From an uncultured Chloroflexia bacterium (GTDB lineage Bacteria > Chloroflexota > Anaerolineae > CG2-30-64-16): a stretch of 64,000 nucleotides of DNA. Both the position numbers and the translations under genes were made by a program. The stretch's first letter is position 1, and every line of letters starts with the position of its first letter. Below are positions 52,560 to 61,039 of this stretch, piece after piece. A model generated the notes under the pieces. The model made no database searches, was not told the origin of the DNA, and worked only from the letters and a program-made list of their open reading frames with translations. Where the stretch lies: assembly GCA_963774265.1 (NCBI GenBank), contig CAVZDU010000001.1, positions 672,001 through 736,000 of the forward strand, in the 5' to 3' direction.

Positions 52560-53440
52560 TGTCTGAATCGATCCGCGATCAACTGGAACAGGACGTCGGC
52601 AAGGCGCTGCTGCGCAATGCAATTTTCCGGGTGGAGAGTGCATTGATGGTAGGTGGCACCCTTCTGGCGACGGTATTCCTGCCAAACGTGATTCCGTGGA
52701 TCCCGTGGTTCGCCTGGCCTATCGTGGGCATCATCGGCGAGGTTGCCATCATCGTCTCCACGCTCACCGACAAGGCCGAGCAGCAGAAGGCGATCGAGGC
52801 GCTGTTCCGGGAGAAATACACCTTTTCCGGCATTCACGACCGCGCGCTCCTGTCCAAACTGAACGAGGCCGAACAGTACCGCCAGCGGATTCAGGCGCTG
52901 ATCGAGCAACATCGCGAGGGCCTGCTTCGCGATCGCATGAAAAGCACCACCGACCAGGTCTACGACTGGATTGCGAACATGGTGGCTTTGGCTCGTCGTC
53001 TGGACACGTATCGGTCCGACCGGATCCTCCGGCGGGACCTGGAGAATGTGCCGAAGGACATGGAGCGGCTCAAGGCGCGCCTTCAGATGGAGCGCGACCC
53101 ACACGTGCGCGATCAGATGAGCGAGACCCTGGAGTCGAGTCGCGAACAAGCTGCGTCGCTGAACGAACTCCGGGCGCGCATGGATCGCGCTGACCTGCAG
53201 CTTGATCACTCATTGGCTGCTTTGGGCACGGTTTACTCACAACTTCTGCTCATCGGGACGAAAGATGTCGATTCGGATCGCGCCGAGCGTCTACGTGATG
53301 ACATTCGGGGCGAAGTGCTCGCGTTGAAGGATATCGTCGATTCGCTCAACGAAGTTTACACGTCAACCTCGACAGAGCTATCTTCCGAAGAGGCCGAGGC
53401 TGCGCGCCAGCTACAGAGGACCGAACGCGCGGGTAGATAG
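52559..53440 (+). CDS. 2TM protein with long coiled-coil domain (XpaC-like architecture)
   Basis: TGATG coupling to the VWA gene; two hydrophobic helices followed by about 220 aa of heptad-rich sequence. Confidence 0.7.
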   Translation: MSESIRDQLEQDVGKALLRNAIFRVESALMVGGTLLATVFLPNVIPWIPWFAWPIVGIIGEVAIIVSTLTDKAEQQKAIEALFREKYTFSGIHDRALLSKLNEAEQYRQRIQALIEQHREGLLRDRMKSTTDQVYDWIANMVALARRLDTYRSDRILRRDLENVPKDMERLKARLQMERDPHVRDQMSETLESSREQAASLNELRARMDRADLQLDHSLAALGTVYSQLLLIGTKDVDSDRAERLRDDIRGEVLALKDIVDSLNEVYTSTSTELSSEEAEAARQLQRTERAGR

Positions 53441-53449
53441 AGTGTTGGT

Positions 53450-53524
53450 AACCACCACTAAGTCTCCAGGTAACAAAGAGCACAAAGTCTTCGTGCACCT
53501 TGGTGACTAGGTGTCTTCGTGGTT
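53450..53524. repeat. Degenerate palindromic element built from ~9-bp CAC(A/G)AAG / CTT(C/G)GTG units
   Basis: AACCAC...CACAAAG-TCTT-CGTG...CTTGGTG...CTTCGTGGTT. Confidence 0.45.
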
Positions 53525-53536
53525 TGAGGAGCCTGT

Positions 53537-54682
53537 ATGAAGCATATGCGTCTTGGGATAGTTCTTCTGGTCTTGGCCATTCTCGTTTCTGCGTGTAATG
53601 GCGGGGGGGCAGTGCCGACGAAAGGCGAGGTGACTGTCTACGTGGCCGGGCCGCTCTCAGGCTTCCAGGCCAACACGGGACAGACCGTCGCTGGGGGCGT
53701 GCGCCTCATGGCTGAGCAACTGAATCGTGCCGGTGGTCTGCTGGGTTACAAGGTAATGGTTGTCGCGCTCGACGACGAGGCCGACTCGGGTGTGGCCGTG
53801 AGCGTGGCGGAGCAGATCAAAGAGGCTGTCAACCGCGGTGAGAAGGTTGTGGGTGTGATCGGTCATCCGAACTCGGGCCCAACAGCGGCCGCGATGGGTG
53901 TCTACAAGGACCTGGACCTGGTGGTCATCACACCGACCGCCTCCGAGGTTGCGCTCACGCAGCAGGGGTATCGTAATTTCTTCCGCGTTAATGCCGCGAA
54001 CGACCTTCAGGCGCAGACTGGCGCGGAGTACCTGGTCAACAAGCTAGGCGCAAAGAAGGTCGCGGTCCTGTACAACGATGATGCGTATGGCATTGACCTG
54101 GGCAGGCTCGTCGCAGAAGACTTGCGCACGCTGGGCGCCGTGGTGCCCGTGTCACTCCAGGTGAAGGTCGAGCAGAACCGATTCGGGGATGAAGTCGCCA
54201 AGGTCAAACAGGCGGGCGTCGATGCGATTTACTACGCTGGCTACGAAGTGGAGTGCCCTTACTTGCGGGCGGATTTGCGCGATGCCGGGTTGGACAAATT
54301 GACCTTCATGGCTTCGGACGGTTGCTTCCTGTCTACCACCATTGATAGCGCAGACGGCGCGGCAGAGGGTATATACGTCACCGGCTTTGCCCCCAGTCCA
54401 AAGACCTCGGTCGATCAACAGTGGGTGTCCGCCTATCAGGCTGTCGAATTTCGCAATCCAGATACCTATTCGGTCAACGGGTATAGCGCGATGCAGGTGT
54501 TGGCTGAGGGTGTGAAAAAGGCCGGCAGCCTGACCGGATCGAAGGTGGAGGCTGCGATCCGCAGCCTCGATATTAAGACCCCGCTCGGCCAGGTCCAGTT
54601 TCAGGATAACGGCGACCTGCGCAAGGCCCAGATCTACATCTTCCAGGTGAAAGACGGTCAGTTCGCGCAGGTGGCCCCTTGA
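53537..54682 (+). CDS. Branched-chain amino-acid ABC substrate-binding lipoprotein (LivK-like)
   Basis: Lipobox LVSAC, PLSG, GGLLG, VIGHPNSG, FFRV, DDAYG. Confidence 0.88.
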   Translation: MKHMRLGIVLLVLAILVSACNGGGAVPTKGEVTVYVAGPLSGFQANTGQTVAGGVRLMAEQLNRAGGLLGYKVMVVALDDEADSGVAVSVAEQIKEAVNRGEKVVGVIGHPNSGPTAAAMGVYKDLDLVVITPTASEVALTQQGYRNFFRVNAANDLQAQTGAEYLVNKLGAKKVAVLYNDDAYGIDLGRLVAEDLRTLGAVVPVSLQVKVEQNRFGDEVAKVKQAGVDAIYYAGYEVECPYLRADLRDAGLDKLTFMASDGCFLSTTIDSADGAAEGIYVTGFAPSPKTSVDQQWVSAYQAVEFRNPDTYSVNGYSAMQVLAEGVKKAGSLTGSKVEAAIRSLDIKTPLGQVQFQDNGDLRKAQIYIFQVKDGQFAQVAP

Positions 54683-55980
54683 GCGAGCACAATTACACGA
54701 TCCTGGCGGTCTTTGCCCATCCCGATGATGAAATCGGCGCGGGATCAACCCTCGCCCACTACAGCGATGCAGGCGTTCGTATCGTCCTGGCCTGCGCCAC
54801 GCGCGGCGAAGCCGCGACGATTTACTGTGCAGATTGCGCATCGCCGGAGACGCTTGCTGAAGTGCGCACGCAGGAGCTAGCCTGCGCTTGCGAACACCTG
54901 GGCATCGATGATCTGCGTTGGCTGGACTGGCCCGATGGAAAGGTCAAAGACGTGCCGCGTCGGGATGCGATCGGCCAGGTCGTCGAGTTGATCCGCGATG
55001 TCCATCCTACCGTCGTTATCACGCACCCTGAAAACGGCCTCTACCCTCATCCGGACCATCTGGCGATCTGGGAGATCGTGCGCGCTGCCTTCAATGCCGC
55101 CGGAGATGAGGCGCAATATCCCGAGGCCGGCCCGGCCTGGCCGGTCGCTCGTTTGTTTGCCCGCGCAATGCCTCAAGGTTTCTTTGAGCGTTCACCGGGA
55201 CTCACCGATTTCCGCGTTGAGCTGAACGGTGAACTCCTGCCGTTTATGGGTACGCCTGACGCGGAAATCGACGTGGTGATGCATGTGGAGCCGTGGGTGT
55301 CGCGCCGCATGGCGGCCTGGGGTTGCCACCGCTCACAGCACAACCCGAAGGGGTTTTCCTCCGTCATGCCCGATGGGCTGCGCCAAGAGATGGCTGCCAA
55401 CGAGCACTTTCTGCTGGCCGCGGGCGAGCCGCTGCCGTCTGGCGTGCAAGATGATTTGTTTGCCGGTATTGAAGAAGGGGACACGTTTATGGTTCAGCGA
55501 CCATCATCCCGCGGGGACGGTTTCCAGGGGGGCAATGAGGGTGCGCCCGCAGAACCGCCAGCGGCAGAAGAGCCCGTCGTTTCCACCGAGTACGTACGGC
55601 TCTTGCTTGCCGAACTAACGCGCCACGTGACCCTGGCCGAAGTCCTTCGCATCTATCAGCACGATCCCCGCGAAACGAAACAGATCAACCTGTATCACGA
55701 GCTTGGTGCCGGCGAGCAAGAGATCCTCTACCGGTTGGCGCGCATACTGCGCCGGCTGGATGCCGGCGCAGGCAAAACCGAATCCGACGTGGCGGTTATC
55801 CGGGAGGCCCGCCGCCGCGAGCGCCCCGAGCCGCGCCGCGAGTTTCTCCTCAACCGTATGGAAGTTGCCTACGGCCGTCTGCAAGACAACGCTCGCAGCG
55901 CCACGATTGTGGACGAGCGAGAGACCTGGGAAGAACTGGCTGTGCTTGCGAGATCGGCCGTCGAGCTGTTGAAAGAGTAG
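54679..55980 (+). CDS. PIG-L/LmbE (MshB/BshB-like) deacetylase with C-terminal helical extension
   Basis: FAHPDDE, ATRGEA, HPDH, CHRSQ. Confidence 0.85.
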   Translation: MSEHNYTILAVFAHPDDEIGAGSTLAHYSDAGVRIVLACATRGEAATIYCADCASPETLAEVRTQELACACEHLGIDDLRWLDWPDGKVKDVPRRDAIGQVVELIRDVHPTVVITHPENGLYPHPDHLAIWEIVRAAFNAAGDEAQYPEAGPAWPVARLFARAMPQGFFERSPGLTDFRVELNGELLPFMGTPDAEIDVVMHVEPWVSRRMAAWGCHRSQHNPKGFSSVMPDGLRQEMAANEHFLLAAGEPLPSGVQDDLFAGIEEGDTFMVQRPSSRGDGFQGGNEGAPAEPPAAEEPVVSTEYVRLLLAELTRHVTLAEVLRIYQHDPRETKQINLYHELGAGEQEILYRLARILRRLDAGAGKTESDVAVIREARRRERPEPRREFLLNRMEVAYGRLQDNARSATIVDERETWEELAVLARSAVELLKE

Positions 55981-56023
55981 CAGGACCGACGAAGGCACTG
56001 CTGGTTTACCCAGCGGTGCTCTG

Positions 56024-57320
56024 TCACGGACACTGGATGACCCCTTGCGCCCACAGGCAGCCGCCGCACGCAGGCGCGGTGTTGCCCAGGCAATCCTCCA
56101 GGTTCGCCTCGGCCAGCTCGCACCCGCCGCAGAAGGTGCACGGCGCAAAGGCAAAGTCCTGGATGCGCTGGCGATAGGCCACGTATTCCGGGTCCAGCCA
56201 GAGGTCGCGCAGGCTGCGTTCGCCGCACGTTGCCCACCACATGGCGATGATTCACCCGCGGCTTGCCGTGCAGGTAGCTGATGTGGGTGTGCATCAGCGG
56301 CCAGCACGGGCTGACGTCGCCGGTCCACGCCACCGACATGGAGCCGCCCTCGATGTAGTTGCAGACGTTGCTCGCCCCGGCCCAGTTGTGGCCGGCGTAG
56401 CTGATGTTGTAGCCGGCCTGGAACGCCTCGAAAGAGCGCCGTCTCGCGTGGCATCGTCGAAGTCCATCTTGGGCAGGTTCAGGCTCGGCACGGCCGCCGA
56501 ATTGATGTAGGCCAGGTCATTCCGGGCGCGCGCGTACAGCACCTCCTCCTGCAGCTCCGGCGTGACGGGCAGGACGTTGCTGACCGAGAACTGTTTGGCG
56601 CCCAGTTCGAGCCCCAACCGCAGCACGTCGGGCAGATCGGCGATGTTGCGCTTCATGGCCACGAACGCGATGCCGAGCTCAGGCCGGGGGTGATGGCCGC
56701 CCTTGCGCATCTTGCTGAAGCGCGCCACGTTGGCGAGGACGTGCGCCAGCTCGGCGCCCAGCCGCACGTCGGCGTAGCTCTCCGGGCTCGCGCCGTCGAT
56801 GGACACCCACAGCAGATCCAACCCGGCGTCGATCAGATCGCGCGCCATCGCGCTCGTTGAGCAGCATCCCGTTGGTGATCAGCTCGGTGCGTGCGCCCAG
56901 CGCGTGCGCCCTGGCCACCCAGGCGATCGTCTGCCGGTGCGACAGCGGTTCCCCGATCCCGCCGAAGTAGACGGTGGGCAGTTCATCCAGCGCGGCCAGG
57001 CCCGTCCAGGATCGCGCAAAGGAGGCGTCGCTCATGCGACCGATCGGCTCGTCCCAGCCGTGGCGGAAGCAGGTGGCGCACTCCAGGTTGCAGGCGTTGG
57101 TCGGCTCGATGTAGAGCTTGGCCAGATGCGTCACGGGCCGGTGCAGGCGCAGGCCGTTGCGCGTCGGCTCCAGCCGCACCTGTGCGCCCGGCGCCAGGCC
57201 CAATTGGGCCGCGGCCTCCGGCGGCAGCACCAGGCGGCCTTGCTCGTCAACGTGCGCCCACGCCGTCTTTGGGGTTGGCGCGGGGGTGCCCGTGAAAAAC
57301 GCGTGGGCATCAATGGTCAT
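56024..57320 (-). CDS. Radical SAM/SPASM protein with AbrB-like N-terminus (tungsten-oxidoreductase maturase-like); frameshifted
   Basis: VDEQGRLVLP, CNLECATC, GGIGEPL, SPASM VSPCWPL..CTFCGGC..C..CGGCLWAQGVIQCP; own promoter TTGACC-17-TATACT at 57378-57406. Confidence 0.8.
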
Positions 57321-57415
57321 GCTCTGCTCCTGATCGGATTCGTGGGCGCCGGCAGCGTCTCTGCAGGAGATGGCCGTAGTATAAGTCACAGAACGAAATG
57401 GGTCAACTCGGTCAG

Positions 57416-57454
57416 AAAAAGCAGGCGGTGGAAGGCACACCTCCCACCGCCTGC
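57416..57454 (-). terminator. Intrinsic terminator after aor
   Basis: Minus strand GCAGGCGGTGG...CCACCGCCTGC-TTTTT. Confidence 0.7.
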
Positions 57455-57531
57455 AGCATGAACTAGACTCGTCCTGAGAACTCCTGATTTGCTCTGAGAG
57501 ACTCAGGGTTCTCGCTCGTTACCTCGGACTG

Positions 57532-59368
57532 CTAGATGATCTCCAGCTCCTTCAGCTTCGCCTCCGGCACCACGCCGTCCACCCAGCCGCGCAGCCGGTA
57601 GTACTCCTCCAGCATCTTGTCCAGCTCGCAGACCTGGCCCTTGGAGCCCTGCATCGTTGGAGGGCTCCTCCAGGAAGCGCTTCGGCAGGGTGTCGCTGCC
57701 TTCGCGGAAGCCGTTCAGGTTGTTGTAGTGGCGCTCCAGGTTGTAGACCCGCTCGCCCACCGTCAGCAGGTCGCCGGCGGTGCATGGCGCGCCGGTGATC
57801 GCCGCGAACTGCGCCGCAAAGCCATCCAGCGACTCGGCAGAAGGTGGAGAACTTGCACACGTCCAGGCAGTCGGTGATGGCGTGGACGTTCTGGAAGATC
57901 ATGATCAGGTTGCCCTTGCCTTCCCAGGCCAGCGGGTCAACCACCGTCGGCGGGGCCGAGCACGTTGCCGACAACCTCGGCGGCCGGCGTGTAGCCGCGC
58001 AGGTGGCACGCGCCGCGGTTCTGGTGGCGTAGCCGATGCCCATGCCCTTGATGCCGCGCGGGTCGTAGGCCGGGATGCCCTGATCCTTGCACGCCATGGC
58101 AAGCTCGGGATGGCCCAGCTTCTCCGCCGCCTTGCCGGTGCCTTCGGCCAGGATGTCGCCGATGCCCTCGCGGAACGCGATCTTGCGGGCCATCTCCACC
58201 ATGCCGTGGGTGTCGCCCCAGGCCAGGCCGTCGCCGTTGGCGTAGCCGCTTCTGGGTGTACTCCATGTACATCGCCAGCACGGTGCCGATCTCGATGGCG
58301 TCGAAGCCGTAGTCGTTGGCGCGATCGATCATGTAGGCGACCGCGGCGATGTCGTCGTTGCCGCAGATGGCGCCCACCGACCAGGCCGGCTCGTACTCGA
58401 CGCTCTCCATGTGGACCTTGAACGGCCCTTCCTTGACCTCGACCTCTTTCTTGCAGGCCACCGGGCAGGCATGGCAGGTGGGATCGTTGACCAGGATCGT
58501 GTCCTTGACGTACTCGCCGCTGAGCAGCTCGGCGCGCTCGCCGAAAGCAGGTCTCCTGGCCGTTGCGCACCGGCAGCGCGCCGATGTTGCTGGTGATGTT
58601 CATCAGCACGTTGGTGCCGTAGACCGACAGCCCGCCCTTGCGCGGCGAGGTCAGGACCCGCTCGTCCGATGAGCTGCGCCAGGGCGACCTTCTGCGCCGC
58701 CTTGAACGCCTCTTTGTCGGCCGGCCGCGGCCGGTTGGCGTGCTCGCCCTTGATCACGATCGCCTTCAGGTTCTTGCTGCCGCCCACGCAGCCGGTGCCG
58801 CCGCGGCCCGAGGAGCGATCGTTCTCGTTCATCCAGCAGGCGAACTTCACCAGGTTCTCGCCGGCCGGGCCGATGGCGATGACGCTGAGGTCCTTGGCGC
58901 CGCCGTGGCGCTCCTGCAGGATCTTGATCGTCTCATGGACGTGCTTGCCCCACAGATCGCTGGCATCGTGCAGCGTCACCTTGCCGTCCTCGACGTAGGC
59001 GTAGACCGGCTTCTCGGCCTTGCCCTTGAAGACCAGCCCGTCGAACCCGGCCCACTTGAGCCGCGCCGCCGACCAGCCGCCGTGGTGCGAGTCGGTCACG
59101 GTGCCGGTGAGCGGCGACTTGGTGCACGACGGCCATGCGGCCGCTCAGGTTCACGTCGGTGCCGGTCAGCGGCCCGTTCATGAAGCAGAGGATGTTGTCC
59201 GGCGAGAGCGGATCCACCGGCGGGCCGTTGTCGAAGACGTACTTCACTCCCAGGCCGCGCGCGCCGATGTACTTGCGCGCATCTTCGTCCGCGATCGGCT
59301 TGTACTCGATCTGGCCCTGTGGTCAGATCGATCCAAGCCACCCGATTGGTATAACCACCAAGTTCCAT
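57532..59368 (-). CDS. aor: Tungsten-containing aldehyde:ferredoxin oxidoreductase; multiple indels
   Basis: KYIGARGLG, KSPLTG, LKWAGFDG, GRGGTG..GSKNLKA, CxxCPxxC, YDPRG..NRGACH, DTLPKRF; GAGGAGG RBS. Confidence 0.9.
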
Positions 59369-59439
59369 TGATCCACCTCCTCGTGTGTGTGGGTGTAGTG
59401 AAGGGCTGGTTCTCAGTCGAAGCCCTGGCAGAAGGTAAC

Positions 59440-59485
59440 AAAAAGCCGGGGGGCGCTATGTAAAGCTGTCATAGCGTCCCCCGGC
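59440..59485 (-). terminator. Intrinsic terminator inside the aor 5' leader
   Basis: GCCGGGGGACGCTATG/CATAGCGCCCCCCGGC followed by TTTTTGTT, about 70 nt before the aor ATG. Confidence 0.7.
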
Positions 59486-59619
59486 GCTTTCAACGACCTG
59501 AGGATCAAATTGGATTTGCATCCCCGGGCCCCGCTCGCTCAAAGGCAGGAGTAGGTCTCGGAGTTTCATCTTTGAAAATTCGCAGAACGCTCAAAAGCGT
59601 AGAGTATCTTACACTTTGC

Positions 59620-59648
59620 ATCTTACACCGCTCTTGCCCGTCGCGCAA
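59620..59648 (-). promoter_or_regulatory. sigma70 promoter for aor
   Basis: Minus strand TTGCGC-17-TAAGAT. Confidence 0.55.
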
Positions 59649-59682
59649 ATTCCATCAGACAGCCACTGCCCCACATGGCCGA

Positions 59683-60042
59683 TCAAAGACCCTGGAAATG
59701 ATGCTGAAACTCGTCGCCGACCGCGGCTTCCACGGCGATCGCAAACGCGTTGAAGCGCGCAATGAGGTTGCGTCCAACAGGGGTAACAGTTGCTCCCCCG
59801 CCGCCTGCGCCGCCGACGTGTCGCTCCACCAGGCGCATGCCCAATCCCTCTTCCATCTCTTCGAGTCGTTCCCATGCGAGGCGATACTGCACTCCCATTC
59901 GTTCGGCTGCAGCGCTGATCGATCCGGTTGCCTCAACCGCTTCCAATAGCTGCACTCGCCAGTGGCTGAGCGCAACGCGGCCGCCACGCTCGATCCATAA
60001 ATTGACATGTGGGGCAAGATCGACAGGTATCTCTATGTTCAC
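59683..60042 (-). CDS. ModE-like winged-helix regulator (DNA-binding domain only)
   Basis: LLEAVEATGSISAAAERMGVQYRLAW...GGAGGGGATVT; GTG start with GAGG RBS; no molybdate-binding domains. Confidence 0.85.
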   Translation of the reverse strand: MNIEIPVDLAPHVNLWIERGGRVALSHWRVQLLEAVEATGSISAAAERMGVQYRLAWERLEEMEEGLGMRLVERHVGGAGGGGATVTPVGRNLIARFNAFAIAVEAAVGDEFQHHFQGL

Positions 60043-60069
60043 AGCGGGCACCTCACAAATTTGAAATCG

Positions 60070-60098
60070 TTGACGCAGTTGTAACGCCATGCTACAAT
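60070..60098 (+). promoter_or_regulatory. sigma70 promoter for the thioredoxin-fold selenoprotein gene
   Basis: TTGACG-17-TACAAT with extended -10 TG. Confidence 0.65.
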
Positions 60099-60224
60099 TT
60101 TCGCAACTCGCTCGACCGTTGGTTGCATCTCTGTTAAATAGTTCCGCTGTCATTGTGTAACCCACCGGATGGATATCGTATCTAATCGGAAGGTGTACTT
60201 ATATCAAGAGGAGGAACTCGGGAC

Positions 60225-60866
60225 ATGGCGTTATTGAACGCGCAGATCCGCAAGGATGTGCAACAGGCGCTTGCCGATGTGAAGACCCCGGTGGTTTTCA
60301 AAGTCTTCACCCAGGAGATCGAGTGCCAGTACTGCAAGGAGACCCGTGAACTGGTGGAGGAAGTTGCTTCGCTGTCCGACAAGCTCTCCATCGAGGTCTA
60401 CGATCTGGTCAAGGATCAGGCCATCGCGGAAGAACTCGGCGTCGACAAGGTTCCGGCCGTTGCAGTCATTGGCAAGAAGGACTACGGGATCCGCATGTTC
60501 GGCGTCCCATCGGGCTATGAGTTTGGCAGCCTGATCGAGAGCATCAAGCTCGTCTCTGAAGGCGAGTCGGGTCTCTCACCCGAAACCAAGAAGCAGGTAG
60601 CCAAGCTAACCAAGCCGGTGAAGATCCAGGTCTTCATCACCCCTACCTGACCCTACTGCCCGCGAGCCGTGTTGCTCGCGTACCAGCTGGCCATGGAGAG
60701 CGACCTCATTCAGGCGCATATGGTCGAGGTCATCGAGTTCCCCTTCCTTGGCAACAAGTATGATGTCATGGGCGTTCCCCGCACCGTGATCGATGAAACC
60801 ATCCACATCGAGGGTGCAGTGCCCGAACCGATGTTGATGCATGAGTTCGAGAAGCTGTTGAAGTAG
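60225..60866 (+). CDS. Protein disulfide oxidoreductase (AhpF-N/PDO, two Trx folds), predicted selenoprotein
   Basis: ORFs 60225..60650 and 60669..60866 are in the same frame, joined by TGA 60648-60650; first site CQYC, second FITPT-U-PYCP. Confidence 0.88.
60661..60680 (+). promoter_or_regulatory. Bacterial SECIS-like hairpin
   Basis: CGCGAGC-CGTGTT-GCTCGCG; loop starts 17 nt after the UGA and has GU near its 5' side. Confidence 0.72.
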
Positions 60867-61039
60867 ATTTTTGAGGCCGCGCCAGCCTGTCGACAGGCCG
60901 GCGCGGCCTTGCTTGGCAGGTATTGTAAGCAAGTTTCTTGACGCGTTCTATCGCCCTGCTCTATATTTGTACAATCAACTGACGAGATTCGCCCCACGCA
61001 AGACGACGTGGCGCAAGCATAACCAGTAGGAGGGGCACT

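Noticed and set aside
4526-59368. Numerous frameshifts as pseudogenes or programmed frameshifting (nuoCD, nuoI, GH3, E1/E2/E3, wzz, secA, rSAM, aor)
   Set aside because: They hit essential genes such as secA, homology continues on both sides with no in-frame stops or other decay, and no shared slippery motif was seen; best explained as sequencing/assembly indels
59563-59576. ANTAR-binding hairpin (TTTC-AAAGAT-GAAA) in the aor leader
   Set aside because: ANTAR sites need two such hairpins close together, the second overlapping the terminator; only one was found
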